A stretch of DNA of 61,874 nt from Vicugna vicugna (lineage: Eukaryota), in NCBI GenBank assembly GCA_013265495.1, contig MU058206.1, positions 684,001-745,874 of the forward strand, written 5' to 3'. How positions within the stretch are numbered: the first letter of the stretch is position 1; each line of letters begins with the position of its first letter. Positions 46,602 through 61,146 of the stretch are shown in pieces. The notes below the pieces were generated by a model that searched no databases, was not told the origin of the DNA, and saw only the letters and a list, made by a program, of their open reading frames with translations. The translations under genes were made by a program, and so were the position numbers.

Positions 46602-47056
46602 TGTGGCAGGCAGAATAACGCCCTCCCCCAAAGATGTCCATGTTCTAATCCCTGGAACCTGTGAATATGTTACCTTCCATGGCTAAAGGGACTCTGCATA
46701 TGTGATTAACTTAAGGATTTTGTGATTTCCTGAGTTGTCTGGATGAGCACAATGTCATCACAAGGTCCCTATAAGGGAAAGAGGGAGGCAGGAGAGTCAG
46801 AAACAGGTGACAATGGAAGCAGAGGTCAGAGTGATGCAAGGAAAGAGCCATGAGCCAAGGAATGCAGGCAGCTTCCAGACATGGAGGCAAGGAAACAGAC
46901 ATGCAGGCAAGGAAACAGAGATGGCAAGGGACAAACTCTCCCCTTCCGAAGGATGCAGCCCTACTGACCATTTTAGACTTCTAACCTCTGACCTGAATTT
47001 ATATCTTTTCAGCCATTAGATGTGTGGTAATTTGTTACGGCAGCACTAGGTAACTA
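46602..47056 (+). mobile_element. MLT1C/D-like MaLR solo LTR
   Basis: tgtggcaggcagaataa...aaagatgtccatgttctaatccctggaacctgtgaatatgttacctt...gtggtaatttgttacggcagca. Confidence 0.85.
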
Positions 47057-47289
47057 GTTGCTAATCAAGTACTAGTTACACAAGGCTTTGTTGGCTCAGG
47101 TGGGGACTCTAATAAACCCGCCCCTTTCATTCTTCCTCCCTCCACCGCTGGCATTAATTACGCATCTCTTTAGTGTCAGGCAAGTAACAGTAACTGTCCC
47201 AGCCCCTGCCTTGGAGCAGTTTAGGATTTGCAGGTCTGCAGACAGGCAAGCACATGAGAACCATATGGTGAAACAGTGAAAACTGGTTA

Positions 47290-48517
47290 CCAGGTGGGGC
47301 GTGGGTACAGACAAATTAGAAGTATGGGATAACAGCTACAAACTGCTATATATAAAATAGATAAGCAACAAGGATTTACTGTATAGCACGGGAAATTATA
47401 CCCAATCTCTTGTAACAACTTAAAATGGAATGTAATCAGAAAAAAAACTGAATCATGAGGCTGTACACTTGAAATTAACATAACACTATCAATCAGCTAT
47501 ACTTCAATTACAGTTTTAGAAGAGTGGCTTTTTCCAAAATATACAAACAGCTCATAGAACTTAACGACAAAAACCAACCCAATCTAAAAATGGGCAGAAG
47601 ACCTAAACAAGAAATTCTCCAATGAAGGTATATAAATGGCCGATAGACACATGATAAAACGTTCAATATCACTAATTATCAGAGAAATGCAAATTAAAAC
47701 TACAATGAGGTACCGCCTCACACCAGAGTGGCCATCATAAAAAGTTCACAAACAATAAATGCTGGAGACAGGGTAGAGAAAATGGAACCCTCCTGCACTA
47801 TTGGTGGGAGTGTATTTTAGTACAGCCATTATAGAAAACAGTATGGCGATTCCTCGAAAGGCTAAAACCAGACTTACCCTATAATGCAGCAATCCCACTC
47901 CTGGGCATATATGCGGAGGGAACTGTAATTCAAGAAGATATATGCACCTCAATGTTCATAACAGCACTATTTACATTAGCAAAGACATGGAAGCAACCTA
48001 AATGTCCATCAACAAATAACTGGATAAAGAAGTTCTGATATATATATAATGGAATACTACTCAGCCACAAAAAATAATATAATGCCATTTGCAGCAACAT
48101 GGATGGACCTGGAGATTGTCATTCGAAGTGAAGTCAGCCAGAAAGAGAAAGAAAAATACCATATGATATCTAAAACATATGGAATCTAAAACAAAGACAC
48201 AAATGAACTTGTTTACAAAACAGAAACAGACTCGCAGACATAGAAAACGAGCTTATGATTATCGGGGGGAAAAGGAGGTGGAAAGGGATAAATTGGGAGT
48301 TTGAGATTTGCAGATACTAACTACTATATATAAAATAGATAAGTAACAAGTTTATTCTGTATAGCACAGGGAACTATATTCAATATCTTCCAGTAGCCTA
48401 TAATGAAAAAGAATATGAAAACAAATGCATGTATGTATATGTATGACTGAAACTTCATGCTGTACACCAGAAACTGACACAATGTTGTAAACTGACTATA
48501 CTTCAGTTTAAAAAATA
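47290..48517 (+). mobile_element. Two L1 3' ends: a short one (~47290-47515) and a longer ORF2-end/3'UTR (~47534-48517) inserted in its tail
   Basis: L1 ORF2 C-terminal sequence; the 3'UTR tatataaaatagataag...tatacttca occurs twice; imperfect target duplication agtggctttt at ~47523 and ~48538. Confidence 0.9.
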
Positions 48518-51500
48518 CTACACAATTAGGGGGAAAAAGTGGCTTTTGGTGGAGGGTAGGGGGTATGCACAGCCTGCATGGGACAGGAGCTGGAAGCAAC
48601 AAGGGAGCTCCACTCCTGGATGTTCAGCTTTGTGACCATGGACAAGTCGCTTACCCTCTCTAAGCCTCAGCAAAGTAGGATGAATTAGAACACTTACTTC
48701 GTGGGATTGTGAAAATGAAGTAGTGGTTCACGGAGTGTGCTTGGCCCAGTGCCGGCCACATACATCATAAATGCTCAGAAAAGGGAAAGCTTTACAGAGG
48801 AGTTAGAATTTGAGCCCAGACTGGAAGACCAAATAGGAATCTGTTGGGTAAACCAGCTGGAGGAAGATGTTCCAGGCAGAAATAATAGTGTGTGTGAAGT
48901 ACGGTGGGGTGGGGCATGGAATTTTGGGGGTGATTGCAACAAAATGCAGGAGGCTGGAGCCTAAAGTGACCGAGAAGCAGGAGAGATGCTTGAAGAATAT
49001 CAAGGGTTCTTTATGCCACTTCCAAGGATGATTTTGTCCTGAAGCCAATAAGGAGCCACTGAAGGTTGCTGAAGAGGGGAGCGACTCAATTAGATATTAT
49101 GCTGCAAAACAAACCTGTCTTCTGGGTTGTTTCCAAAAAAAGAGGAGAGACTGGGGTAGGGAATATCACTCAACTTCAGCCTGTGGGCACAGGGAGGAGA
49201 AAAAGTTTCCACTGCCCCCAACTGTCAACCCAGAGAAGACTTCCAAGGAGGAGGGGGCCTCAGGATCTCAGCAAGTCAGAGGACAAGGCTCAAATACCCA
49301 TTGTCTATATGAGGTCCAAGGTAAGCTAACAGCCATGACACCTGGATGTCTAGCCAACCTGGATGCAGAGACTTACTTACGTAGAGTGGACAGTCTCCCA
49401 TGTCGACTCTTTGGAGGGATGGTGAAGGGAGTTTTTGTTCTTATCCAGTTTGGGGGGGACGTGGTTGCTGCCTGAGCTGCCTGGGGAGGGGGCTGCTGCA
49501 TTAGCGCCATTTTCCCTTAGCTGGAGCTGCAGAGTGGGTGTGGGACATGGCAGGGGTGGGGAAAGGGCAGAGTGCCAGTCTTACAGTGTCCTGCCCCCCA
49601 GCCTGACTGAATCTAAGCTGTCCTCAGCAGTGTCAAGAGACTGGACCTTTGACAACATGATAGACTGAAAATAAACTAGGCGTTACCACTTAAACCTTGG
49701 AACCAAGCCTCCCAACTTGAGTTTCAATGCCCCAGTGAAGTGGTAAGCTGACCGCCATCTTTCTTTTGGTGAAGAATGCTGAGACCATCAACCCCACCAA
49801 TGAGGGTGAAAAATATCAAAGGACCACCTGACTTAATTTACTGATTCTTGAAAAGAGAAAGGAGAGGAAGCCAGCCAAAGCCGCTGGCTGCCGCTGACGT
49901 TTGAATAAGGCATCAGGAGCCTTCTTGGATGGACATGCGATTCAATTTGCGCACTTAGCACCTTCTGCCCTGGAGGAGAGTTCCTGGTGGGACCTCAGCC
50001 TCCCGACTTGACTGCAAGCTCACTGAGGACAAAGACCTTGGTTTGCCACAGAGCCTGACCGGCAGGAGGGCTCTGCTCCTCTTTGGCAGACTTGATTCAG
50101 CCTCCGAAGTGCTTTCTCTGCTTCTGTCTTGGCTCCTGCAAACCACTCAACAGTCTTCCTAAACACTGCTCAGACCCTCTGACTCTGCTTAAATGCCTAT
50201 GGGGACTCTCCACAGTGGCAGCAATAATTCCCAAAGTGCGCCCTAGGGCACTTCAGTCCCAAGAGATGCTCCAGAAGAAGTTGTTTGAAGGCCTAATAAG
50301 TTTAGAAAATACTCTTTTTTGGAGCTTCCCACCCTTTTGAGATTCACATTCTACCTGAACATAATAAAGGCTCTGAGAAGTCCTGCAAGTTAGTGTGCAA
50401 CCAGGTTACCATGTTTGACACAGCTTCCCCAAACTTAGTCTATCATGCACAATCTTTTTATTATTATTTGCAAGAAATACCTCTAAGCAGCTCAAGAAAC
50501 AGTCCCATGCTTTGGGAAGCAGTGAACTGAATGGTAAGTCCATTCGGGGAAGGGAAGGGCAGCTGTGACACGACAAGTCCCTGCCTGAGGGGGTGGGTCT
50601 GTAGGAGCACATGGGGAGCAGCAAAGGCTCGGGAAGCCAAAGAGGAGGTGAGGCTGTGGACGGAGGTGACAGAGACTGTGGGTCAGAGATTCCATTAATA
50701 GCTCCCTCCTCCAGGTTGTTTCCTCATCTGAACATGGATGTCCCAGGCAACTGTATGCACTTCTGAGCCTGGCATATCCGAAATAATCATGGCCTCTCAT
50801 TGGGCCCAGAAGCCCCTGACCAGGGAGTCCCTGAGATGTTATGCAATTATGAGGTCTCCCCCCCAAAAGAATATTCCAGCGAGTCAAGTGGACAGTCACG
50901 GCGGCCACGTCCCAGTGGAGCGGCTACAGCAGGATCCTTCTATGGAAAGAAAAGCCCAGGATTTGGAGGTGGAATCCCGGCTTCCCATCCTGATCCCATC
51001 ACTTACTGGGAGCCGCGAGGCCATGGAGAAGTGACTCAATCTCTCTGAGCCTTCTTCCTCATCCGTAAAATAGGAAATAACAGCTGCTCATAGGGAGTCA
51101 GGATTCAAACAGAGTTCTTGATGTCTCCAAAGCCAATTTGGTTCATTGCCCTGTGATTTGCTCACCACCTCCAGGGCTGTAGACATTCCCAAGGGTAGGA
51201 TTAAGTTTCATCATTCATTCATCCATCATTCATTCAATCCAAACATTTATCAGGTACCTACAATGTGCCAGGTGTGGGGGGAACATCGCCAGGAAAAACA
51301 AGCCAGGTCTCCACCTGCTTGGAGCTCAGTCTGGTGGGGACTGAATCACTAATGTATTTATTCAGTCCTGGCCAGTGGGCCAGGCACTGTGATGGGCTCA
51401 GCACTGTATTGAGTGCACTGTATTGACAAAGCACCTTCGCCATCACCCTTTCATTTGTTCCCAATGACAGTCTGGTGAGAAACAAAGTGCAGGGATTACA

Positions 51501-52959
51501 ACCCATTTTGTGGATAAGAAGCTAGAGACTCAGGAAGACCAAGTGGAAAGCTGGGCTGGGAACCCAAACCTCTTCTCGCCACAGGGACTCACAGAAGGCG
51601 TGCTCTGGGCTGGGCTCTGTCACATGCGGTGCAGAGGTCCAGTCTGGCTGCCTTTGCCTGTGTGTCGTTGTGGTCCCTGTTCCTCGCCAGACTCTGACTC
51701 TCCCCGACTCTGAACCCTCAGCCACGAACCCTCCACACAACAGGGTGCATGCTCACTGATTCCTCAAGTTGCAGTCCCTCAGCCATCCCCCCTTGCAGCC
51801 CAGGAAAGCCTTCCTGCACTTGAATTTCCATACCTTAATAGGTCAAGGCTGGCTCCTCCTGGGGACCTCCTTTGAGTGGAGCAATTCTCATGGAAAACCA
51901 GGATGGTCCAGTTCCTTCACCAAGTCCAGCATGTAGGCACACGGGACCCTGGGCCACCAGCCAAGTGGTGCTCACTCTGGGGCTCCCCTGGGGCTGGGGG
52001 CAGGAGCAGGGTGGGGGCAGGGAGCCAAGCGTGCAGATCTTCCAAAGCCGGTGGTGCTAGCAACTGGAGTGGGAGAGGAGGAGAGAGAAAGGGAGGAGGG
52101 GTGCAGACTGATGAGCCCACCATCATTTCACTGGGGGTCTGGAAACTGACAGCAAGATGGGATCCTGGAGGGAAGCACTGTGTGGGGCGGGGGGCAATAT
52201 CACCTAACACCCAGCTCGCTGTCAACTTAGATGAGTACATCCCAGCTGCGCCAGAGAGGGCTGACAAATCCGGCAGTTCCAAAGGCCTTTCTGAGTGCCC
52301 CTCCTCCTCACCCACTTCCACCTCCTCCCAGAAGACATCTCAGATCACCTCCACCCCACAGGAGGGTTCCCTGTGTGTCTGCCCAGCTCCTGTACCCTCC
52401 ACTTCTCTATTTCCTGGGTGTTGTCTCCATCAAACATGGGGTCGAGGCGGTGGACCAACATCCATGGCCCGTGAGACTGTGGCGGTTTCTGGAGAGCATC
52501 TCCTCTGCAGGTACAGAGCATGGGATCTCCTTTGCAGCTGCGTCCCACGCCAGCACCAGCTTCAGAGACCACCCTCTCATCTCCGCCAGACCCTGACTGT
52601 TCTGCAGGTGTTTGCAGCCTCTCTCGTGCTCCTGGCACGTGGCCCTCCGCCTGCATCATGTCTCTTCTCCCATCCCCTGCCCCTGGTTCTTACCAAGTTA
52701 TTCCTCTAGTCCCTTTGGCAGCGAGCAGTCTCACCTGAATCATACTCATTGCAGTTTAAGATGCTCATCTTCTTAACTTCCAGGCTCTGTAGGGGCAGGG
52801 GTGGCCTGGGGGACTTGGGGGAGATCCAGGGTACAAGTATTTGTAGGGCGTAAGCCATGCTATTCTCATAGTTCTCTCTAATGTCTTCCTGAGAAGAACT
52901 TTGGTCTCTATTAATTCAGTTATTTCCCAGAGAAAGTAGAGCTGCTTCTTTCCTCTTCA

Positions 52960-53680
52960 CAGGTGGAAACCCCTGCAGACAGGAACCCAGGAGTCCTCCT
53001 TGTCACCACCCTCCTTCCCTTACTAACTCCCTGCCAACTCCCAGCTCAAGCCAGCATCAGCCCTTGCCTGGACCACAGCCAACACCTTCTAACAAGTCTC
53101 CCCACCTCCATTCTCATTGCCCCCAACCTGCAGTTGCCCTGAAATGATCATGTCACCCCTCTATCGCAACCCCTAAATGCTAAGTGGCTGCCACCGCTCT
53201 TCAACCAAGGTTTTAAACATGACCCAGAAGACCTCACATGGTCTGTTTCTGCCCACCTTTCCTGCTCCCTGTCCCCTTTGCTCTTTGAAATCCAGCCACA
53301 ACCACCTTCTCTCAGCCCTTTACACCCCCTCTCCCACCACAAGGCCTTTGCATGTACTCTTTTCTCTGCCTGGACTGTGCTCCCATTCTCCCAGGTTTCA
53401 GCCTGGGCGTCGCCTCCTTGGGGAAGCCCCTCAGTCTCCCTGGTCAGATGCTCTGTATATATATTCTCAGGGCGTCATGTCCTACCCTTTCTTTGCACTG
53501 ACCGCGTCTGCCATTCTGACTGCATTTGTGTGACTATTTAATGGACATCTGCTCCCTGCTAGGTTGCAGCCTCGGTGAGGGCAGGAGCCAAGATGGGTTT
53601 GCTCCCTCTGTATCCCCACGGCTGGCACAGTGCCTGGCACATAGTCGGCTCTCAGTAAATAGTTGCTGTTTGAATGAGTG
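52960..53680 (+). mobile_element. L2 3' fragment
   Basis: tgatcatgtcacccct...ggcctttgcatgtact...ctggcacagtgcctggcacatagt...tgaatgagtg. Confidence 0.8.
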
Positions 53681-54479
53681 AGGCCCGGATGAAGGATGCA
53701 CTTGGTGGATTGTCACCCAGGGAGGCTTAACCAAGCCAGGACCGGGAACTCAGAGCCCTTGGGGTAACTCCCAGGGACTCTCAGGGGAAGCCGCAGCGCC
53801 ATGCCCTGCTGGAAGAGGGTCCTTCCATCCCTCTGCTTTGCTAGCAATTTATTGCTATTTGAAAACAGAGTTTGCCACATAACTGGCAGCCCCCCATGGA
53901 CCAGATGCAGAGGAGGGTACCAGCTAGAGCCACGAACCCCACTGCAGTCCGCACTGCTGCTGCTCCCTCTCAGCACTGCTCTGCTCCCTGGCCTTGGGAG
54001 CCCAGTACGTGCCACGCCTTCGCCTTAGAAATGGTTCTCCTCAAGCCCATCCTAAAGCAGAGAAGTGGGAGGCTTTGGTTTCTTCCTTAAAGGGTGGAGA
54101 TCTAGCGGGAGGAAGAGGAAGGAAAGGAAAGCCAGAGCTCCCATGAACAACTCAGGGTGATAGGAGACAGGCTCGTAGGAGCCATCGGGGGAGGTGCCTC
54201 CGGGAAATGACTTGCCCTGTCTGGTCCTTGGCTTATCCGAGGGAAGCATCACAATCTCCCTCTTTAGCATCTCTCCCGTGGAAAGGGAGAGTCAGAGAAA
54301 AGGCCATCTGCTGTCCAGCAGGCTCCTCTGAGCAATCCTGGAGGGCTTCCTGGAGTAAGAGGGTATTATAGAATCCACAGGCGGATTGGAAGGGTAGCTA
54401 AGAAGCAGAAGGCTGCAGGCAAGGAAAGGCTGTGTGACCAGAGTAGAAGGCAGAGTGCAAGGGAGGCAGGAATCACCCT

Positions 54480-54990
54480 GTTGCATTAATATGTTGCGTC
54501 CTGTCAGTCTACACTCAAAACCATCCAGAGGCTCCCATCTCACTCAGAGAAAAGCCAAAGACCTTCCTCCCTACCCTCATCTCCTCTTCACCTCCCGCCC
54601 TGCCTCCCACTGCCCCGCCATGGTGGCCTCCTCCCTGCTCCTCAGACACTTGGTCATGCTGCGTAGGCTGCTGCCTCTTCCTGGAACCGTTTCAGCTACC
54701 CCACTCCCACCCCCGTCTCACTCCGTCACTGGCAAGGCTTTGCTCAATGAAACCTCCCCTGATAATGCTGTTTAAAGTCATCCCCAACCTTGGCACCCCT
54801 ACTCCCTTTACCTTGCTGCCCCCCCTCCCCAGAACACTTAACAATCTCCTAACCGCTCCATAACTTACTTATTCTCTCTCAAGAGAATGTGAGCTCCATG
54901 GGGTAAGAAAAAATTGTTGGTATGCTGATACATCCTCAGCACCTGGGACAGCGCCTGGCACACGTAGGTCTTTGTAAATATCAACTGAGC
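54480..54990 (+). mobile_element. L2 3' fragment
   Basis: ctcaaaaccatccagaggctcccatctcactcaga...agaatgtgagctccatg...agcgcctggcacacgtagg. Confidence 0.75.
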
Positions 54991-57900
54991 AACCCACTAG
55001 GGGCTGAGAGCCTGGGAATGGAGTGGAAACTCATTTTTTCAGGCTCCTTGATCAGCTAGGGGTGAGGAGCTCCTGGGTAGTCACCCAGCATGCCAGGAAC
55101 AGAACTGTCCCCCTCACCGTCACGTCTGTCCCAGCTCTCCCTCCTCCCTCCCTTCAGGGTCCTCTCTGGGTGATTGTTCTCCTGGCATCTGGCATCCATC
55201 AGTCCCTTCCAGAAGCCTCTGTGAAACCAGGGGGCTGACTAAAGCGATCTCAGATTGGGGACAGGCAGCAGTGTACAGGCCCCTGTCTGCCCCAGCCCTG
55301 CCCAGAGCTGCCAGCCCACTGACTTCACCGCCCCCAACACCCCATGGGCCTGGAGGAGGCTTTTGCCAACCACACACAGCTCCTGGCTCCAGATTTGAGG
55401 GGGGAGGAGGGGAGCCGGCAGGAGGGAACAGGGGCAAGCAAATGGGACCTGACAGGGGCTGGGCACCTCGAGCAAAGAATGTAAATAAAATTCAGTAAAT
55501 GTTTAGGGGAAATGGAACGGGAAGTGGGAGAGGGAAGGGTGGAGGGGATGTGTTGGATTTCCAACATCTGGAGGGCAGGCCCCTCCTCCTCCTCCCCCAC
55601 AACCCACCCCACCCCACGTGGGGGCTCACAGTGTGAGAGAGGGTGCCGGCTCTCGGGTTGTACGTCTGCGCCAGACTGTCTGGATGTGTATATACGTGAG
55701 GGTGAGTTTGATGGTCTGGAGTGTTTGCCCGGCCAAGTGCACACAAGACAAGCCTTACTAGCCCCAAATCGAATGCTTCCTTCCAAGTCTCTCCTGTCTT
55801 GCTTTCCACAAGGCCCGGCTGTGAAACAGGCAAAGGGCATTCTGAGGTGGAACGATAGGGTCTCCTTCCTCAAGGAATTTCTAAGTGAAAGGATGATCAC
55901 AACACTGAAAGAGGCCTGTGACAGAAGTCAGCTCAGGGGCTATGAACGCAGGCCAGGCCATAGAGACACTGAGATCAAGGAGGGCTTCCTAGAGGAGGAG
56001 GATTATGAAAGTGCAGGGAGACATGGATGAGAAAAGAATGGGTGTGTTGGAGGGGAGGTTCATTTCCAGGGAGAGGTAGGAATACAGAACATCTACGCAC
56101 AAAGTGGCAAAAAACAATGAAGCAGGGGGCAAAACAGCGTGGCCCAGCCCCGGGAGAAAATCCAGATCAAGAATCCAACTGTGTAGCCAGGGTACAAGAG
56201 GGGACATTGCCAGGCTCCATCTCCTCACCCTTCTCTTCCATAACTTCCAGATGAACATTTTCCCGGAGAGGGGTGATCTCTGTCCCTTTCTCTGGAGCTT
56301 CTCCTGGCAGTCAGCCCTGGGCTCTGCCCCAGCCCTGCTCAGCCCTGGGAACACAGCTCAGAACCCTGGGGCCTGCGGTACCTCCTGAGTCCCATTCCTG
56401 ATTGCTCTGCACCACTTCAGGCTCTGTCTCGGGGACTCCATCCATGTATGGGCTGTTGGCAGATTATGTGCGATTACCAGCGTGCAGCCCACCGCTGCGC
56501 GCTCGCCCCCACTCTGCCTGCTACTTCAGCAGACACCGCTGATGTCCTTGCTATGGCCCTTCCCACCTGGACATTGGCTAGCTCAGGTATAATCAAAAGG
56601 GAACCCCTGAACTGGGGACGGACATGCCAGGATGCTGATTATGCCCAGCGTAGATGGAAAGTGCGAGAAGACCCAGTCCAGGCCCTTAAGAGAACCAAGT
56701 ACAAAACCTCATAGCACAAAAGCGAGGGGATGTAGACATCCATTTATTTAGTTAACCAGTTTTAAGCACCTACAGAGACCTGGCTCCTGGATGCACAGGG
56801 AGCAGCATGAAGCAGAGAAGTTTAAAGCAGTGTTTCAAATTATGTTTTGGGGACCCTCCCCCACCAAGGATGCTGCCTTGGGGGTTGGGGGATGGGTAAA
56901 GGGGCTTGAGGTGGTCTCTTCCCCCACCCCCGCAATTCCACCACCTCAACCAAAGTAGCTCCCATCTGCATCTGCTTTACTGATCAGACTTCTAGGAAGA
57001 TTTTGTTTGAAGGCTCCCAATACCATTGGGGAAAAAATACTGAAAATCACTGCTCTCCCAGGAAATAGAAGACAAGACTCCCCCCCACCCCCAAGCAGAG
57101 GTCACTGCTGAACAAGAGAAAGCAGAGCGAGTCTGCTTCTACCTTCAGAGCAGTGCCTTCAGCGTCCCAAGTTTGAGGTTAGACCCTAGGAAGGACTTCT
57201 TAACAGATATTCCAGGCTTTGCCCTTGGCCTCCCAGTTGGACCAGCCTCCCTCCGTGAGGCCTGCCTCACTGCACTGCTGAAGCAGCATCAGCCAAAAGG
57301 GCAGGGCTTTTAAAGAGCGCCCGAGGATTGGAGTGTCATCCTCCCGCCTCCTGGTTCCAGGCCGGAGAACAATTGAGCCCTTTGTCCAATAGGAAGATGC
57401 CCAAAGGGTGAGGTCACCCCCAACATGGCTGTCTTTGTCCTAGAGCCATGGAGACACCAAGGCTGAGTCCAGGCAGCATCCCCCTGTCCCCAAACAGGGG
57501 TATCCTTCTTGGGTACCCCCCCCGAAGAAGGGCTTTCCCAGGGGCACAGGAAGGGGCACTGACAAGGAGAGAAGCTGGTGCAGCAAGCACTGGTTGATGA
57601 TGGAATGTTTGAGATGGGTACAGACAGGGAAGAGGGCTGAGAAAATGTCCCAGCTTAGAGGGTGACCCTTCCTTACAAGGATCTCCAGGCTGTCATGTGG
57701 CTTGGCCTACAAAGATGGTTCCAAACCCAAAATGAAAAACTAAGGGGTCGGCTCGTAGAGGCTCCAGTAGCTTGCCTCAACCTTTGACCACCAGGCCTTT
57801 GAGAAGAGGGTGAACTGGGAGTCCCACAGGTACAGTCATCAGGAGGGTTTTGAGAGGAGCAGAGGGAGTCTGGGGCCCAGAGCGTAGGAAAAGCTGGGGG

Positions 57901-60859
57901 TTCTGGGGGTGCAGAAGGCACGGGAAAGTGTCCACAGCCTGGAAGAGCAACAGAGCCAGAGTCTGAACCAAAGTTTCTGCGGAGCTGAGACGCGAGGCCT
58001 TTGGGAGGCTCTGCTGTCAGGATGGGGTGAAGGCAGATAAGAGGGACAAGAGGGGCAAGGCCAGAGGAAAGTGCGTCTGAATGGAATTTGGAGGAAGTGT
58101 CATTGTGGTGTCACTGGGCACTGGGCAGGGAATCAAGGGCACTGGGTTCTAGTGCTGGTTCTGCCTCTAACTCACCCAGGAACCCTTGTTTTCTCCTTTC
58201 TGGGTCAGTTTCGCCATCTGTGCAGTGAGATCCTCCCAGAGCCAAAGTTCTAGTGGTCCAAGACTAAGAAGCTCTAGGAAGCAGAGTGCAGATCCGGGGC
58301 ACACGGTGACGGGGCCTTGTGGTCACCTGATGAGACATGGTGCAGCACGGCAGGCAGGGAGGGCCCCTGAGAGTTTCAGCCAAGGCAACAGCAGCCTTAG
58401 GGAGGGAGGGGCAGAGCCATGCAGGACCCTGACAGGGAAGACAGCGGTGCAGTTGGCGGAGAGTGCAGCTGCCCAGAGGCCACCAACAGAGCTGGACGGG
58501 TGGGTCCACCCCTGCACCCGTCTGAATGGACTGCCAGAGAGGGCCAAAAGCACGCTAGAAATAGAGGCCAGTGACGGGACACGGAAGGATTCTCAGACTT
58601 CGGGAGAACCCTGCCTCCACGCCCCTCTTCACCCGATTCATTCTCATGCAGGCCCCACCCCATCTTGGTGGAATGTAGTGTGAGCTGAGAATAGTCATTG
58701 CTGGGGTCAAGGAAGGGAGGGTCACTGGGGACTAACTGCCCTAAATAAATGAGCAATTAAGGCTGTTACAGGAAGTATCCAGACCCCACCTCCACCCACC
58801 ACCCTGAAAGATCACCATGGCAACCACTGCTGGCTCCGCCCCAGGAAGGCATCAGCCACCTGGTTGGCCCACACGGCTGTCATTCAGACAGCGGTAGGGA
58901 GAGTGTGGCTTCAGTCAAGGAAAGCGGAAGGATAGAGGTAAAAGACTGCCCTGGAAAGGAGGCAGAGGGATGAGTGGGGTGACCTCTGGCTGAGGATTCT
59001 GGGAGATTCCTCCCAGTCGGTGAGGAAGAGCGGAAGTCTGGAGCACACTCCATGACAACAGCCTTCAGGACAGCCGCCTGTGCGGTAGGGGCTGGGGGGC
59101 TGGGGGGTGCGTGACAGGAGAAGTAGACCTTGCCAGACCCCCATCTCCTCTCAGCACCCCGGCCCCTCCCCCTACACTTCCTGTAATGGCGTCTCCAATG
59201 GGGAGGCCATTAGTCCTGCTCAGGGCAGCGCCTAAGTACTGTGGCTGATAAATATAACATGAGCCCATCGATTAGAATCCTCTAGTCCTGCAGCAGCTCG
59301 GCTCCCTAATGGCTCCCCCTCCCCTCCACACACTGACTACCCACCCCCACCCCCACCCGGGGCTGCTTTTCTTGCTTACTTGGGGCTGTGAGGCAGACGT
59401 TGCTAGCGGGGCAGAGAGAGGTGATGGAGGCAACACCCCGAGCCCAGGTGAAGGGGCTGCTACCTGGAGACAGGCTGGATCAGTCTGGACCTAAGGCACC
59501 CTGGAAGCCCCTCTGTCACTTGCAGGGAGCAAGGGGAGGGGTGAGGGTGCCGGCCCAGCACACAGGACGTGCAGTGCAGAAGGCAGAGGGCTCTGCTCCA
59601 GCTCCTACCTTGGGGGCTCTCCTGGGTGACTATTAAAAGAAGTCTACAGTGAAACCATCTCACACCTTGTCACCACACTCTCTTCTCCCCTGGCATCTGC
59701 CATCACCACCAACATCCCTGCCGCAACTGTCCCAGCCCATCCCAGCAATCCCCTCCCTGTCTCCCCCAAACTTGGTGTTCCCACCTTCATTTCACCCATC
59801 TCCAGAGGTGCTCACAGTCGCCTGTCAGATAGGGAGCCCTGAGCACAGGGGCTGTGTCTCCCCGCCAGCCTGGGACCCCCTGAGCAGCAGAGACTTTCTC
59901 TAGAGTGGGGGGCTCTGGGAGTCTTGAGCTATGCCCCCACACCCCTAAATCCAGCCTGGGAACTGCAGATGGTGGAGTGTGCCCTCCATAAAGTAATCAG
60001 ACCAATTAGACCTTCGGACTTTGTTAAGCATCAGCGCTCAGAGCTGAGACAGCAGAGCCAGGACAGCTCTGCCCACCTGCCCCCAAACCTGAGACACTCT
60101 CAAGGCTCTGGCCAGCTGCTCAAAGATATCTGGAAGGCCTTGGCAAGAGGCACAGGAACAGCTCCTGCCTGGGCGCCACAGGGGGCTTTGGTGGGTGGGT
60201 GGGGGCCCCGGCCTGGGAGGGGCCTATGGTTTTGAAGAGGCGTGTCTCTGGGCAGAGGCTGCCCACAGAATCCTCTAAAGGAAGGCTGAGCCAGGCTGGC
60301 TGCAGCCAGGAAGTTAATCCTTAATGTGCCTCTGGCCTCACTGCTGTGCTAACTCACCAATTAAACACTCCAGGCTGGTGGGGATGAGCCACAGAGCCCA
60401 CACTCCTCGGGGTGGGGTTGGGTACCACAGCAAGCTCAGTTCCAAGGATGCTATGTGTGCTCTGGAGGTGCCTGTCTGCCTGAGTAGCTCTGTATAAGAG
60501 GATTGGGTATGTAAGAGGCCAGGAGTGGGTCCATTCTCTGCTGTGTCCCCTCCCCCACCTCTGTGTCTCACTTAAGCCTCTGGTAGGCACTCCAACGAAG
60601 AAATGTATTTTTGCAGGTTGGGGGTTTGAGCACCCTTCTTTGCCACGTGTCCAGTTGCAGCTGTAGTGATTGTGGCTAGTCTGCAAGAAGAACTTCCTCA
60701 TACGTGTTAGGTGGGAGACTAGAGTAAGCATCTTTTAGGGAAGCAAAGGATTCCCCCTTTGAATACATGTCTGGAAGGGAAGCTGCCTCTGGGAGAAGTG
60801 GGCGAAAGCATGGTAAAGGGATGGGCAGGCTAGTTATGCTTCCAAGACGTCCTAGCTCC

Positions 60860-61146
60860 AGCCTCCGTAAAAAAAATCACAGACTGGGGGGCTTAAACAA
60901 CAAAAATTTATTTTCTCACACTTCTGGAGGCTAGAAGTCCAAGATCGAGGTTCCAGCCATTGTGGTTTCCAGCGAGACCTCTCTCTCTGGCTTGCCGATG
61001 GCCTTTCTTTGGTGCATGTGTGCAGGAGGGCAGAAAAGTGACACATTCTCTGGTGTCTCTTTTTATAAGGACACTAATCCTATCAGATCAGGGCCCCACC
61101 CTTATGAACTCATTTAACCTTAATTACCTCCTTACAGGCCATGTAC
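60860..61146 (-). mobile_element. MLT1A/B/C-like MaLR LTR, cut by the gap
   Basis: gcttaaacaacaaaaatttattttctcacacttctggaggctagaagtccaagatc...cttatgaactcatttaaccttaattacctcc. Confidence 0.85.

Noticed and set aside
25000..61146. Assigning this region to a named gene or interval (e.g. upstream of CRHR1)
   Set aside because: No recognisable exon; the idea rests only on synteny and needs an alignment.
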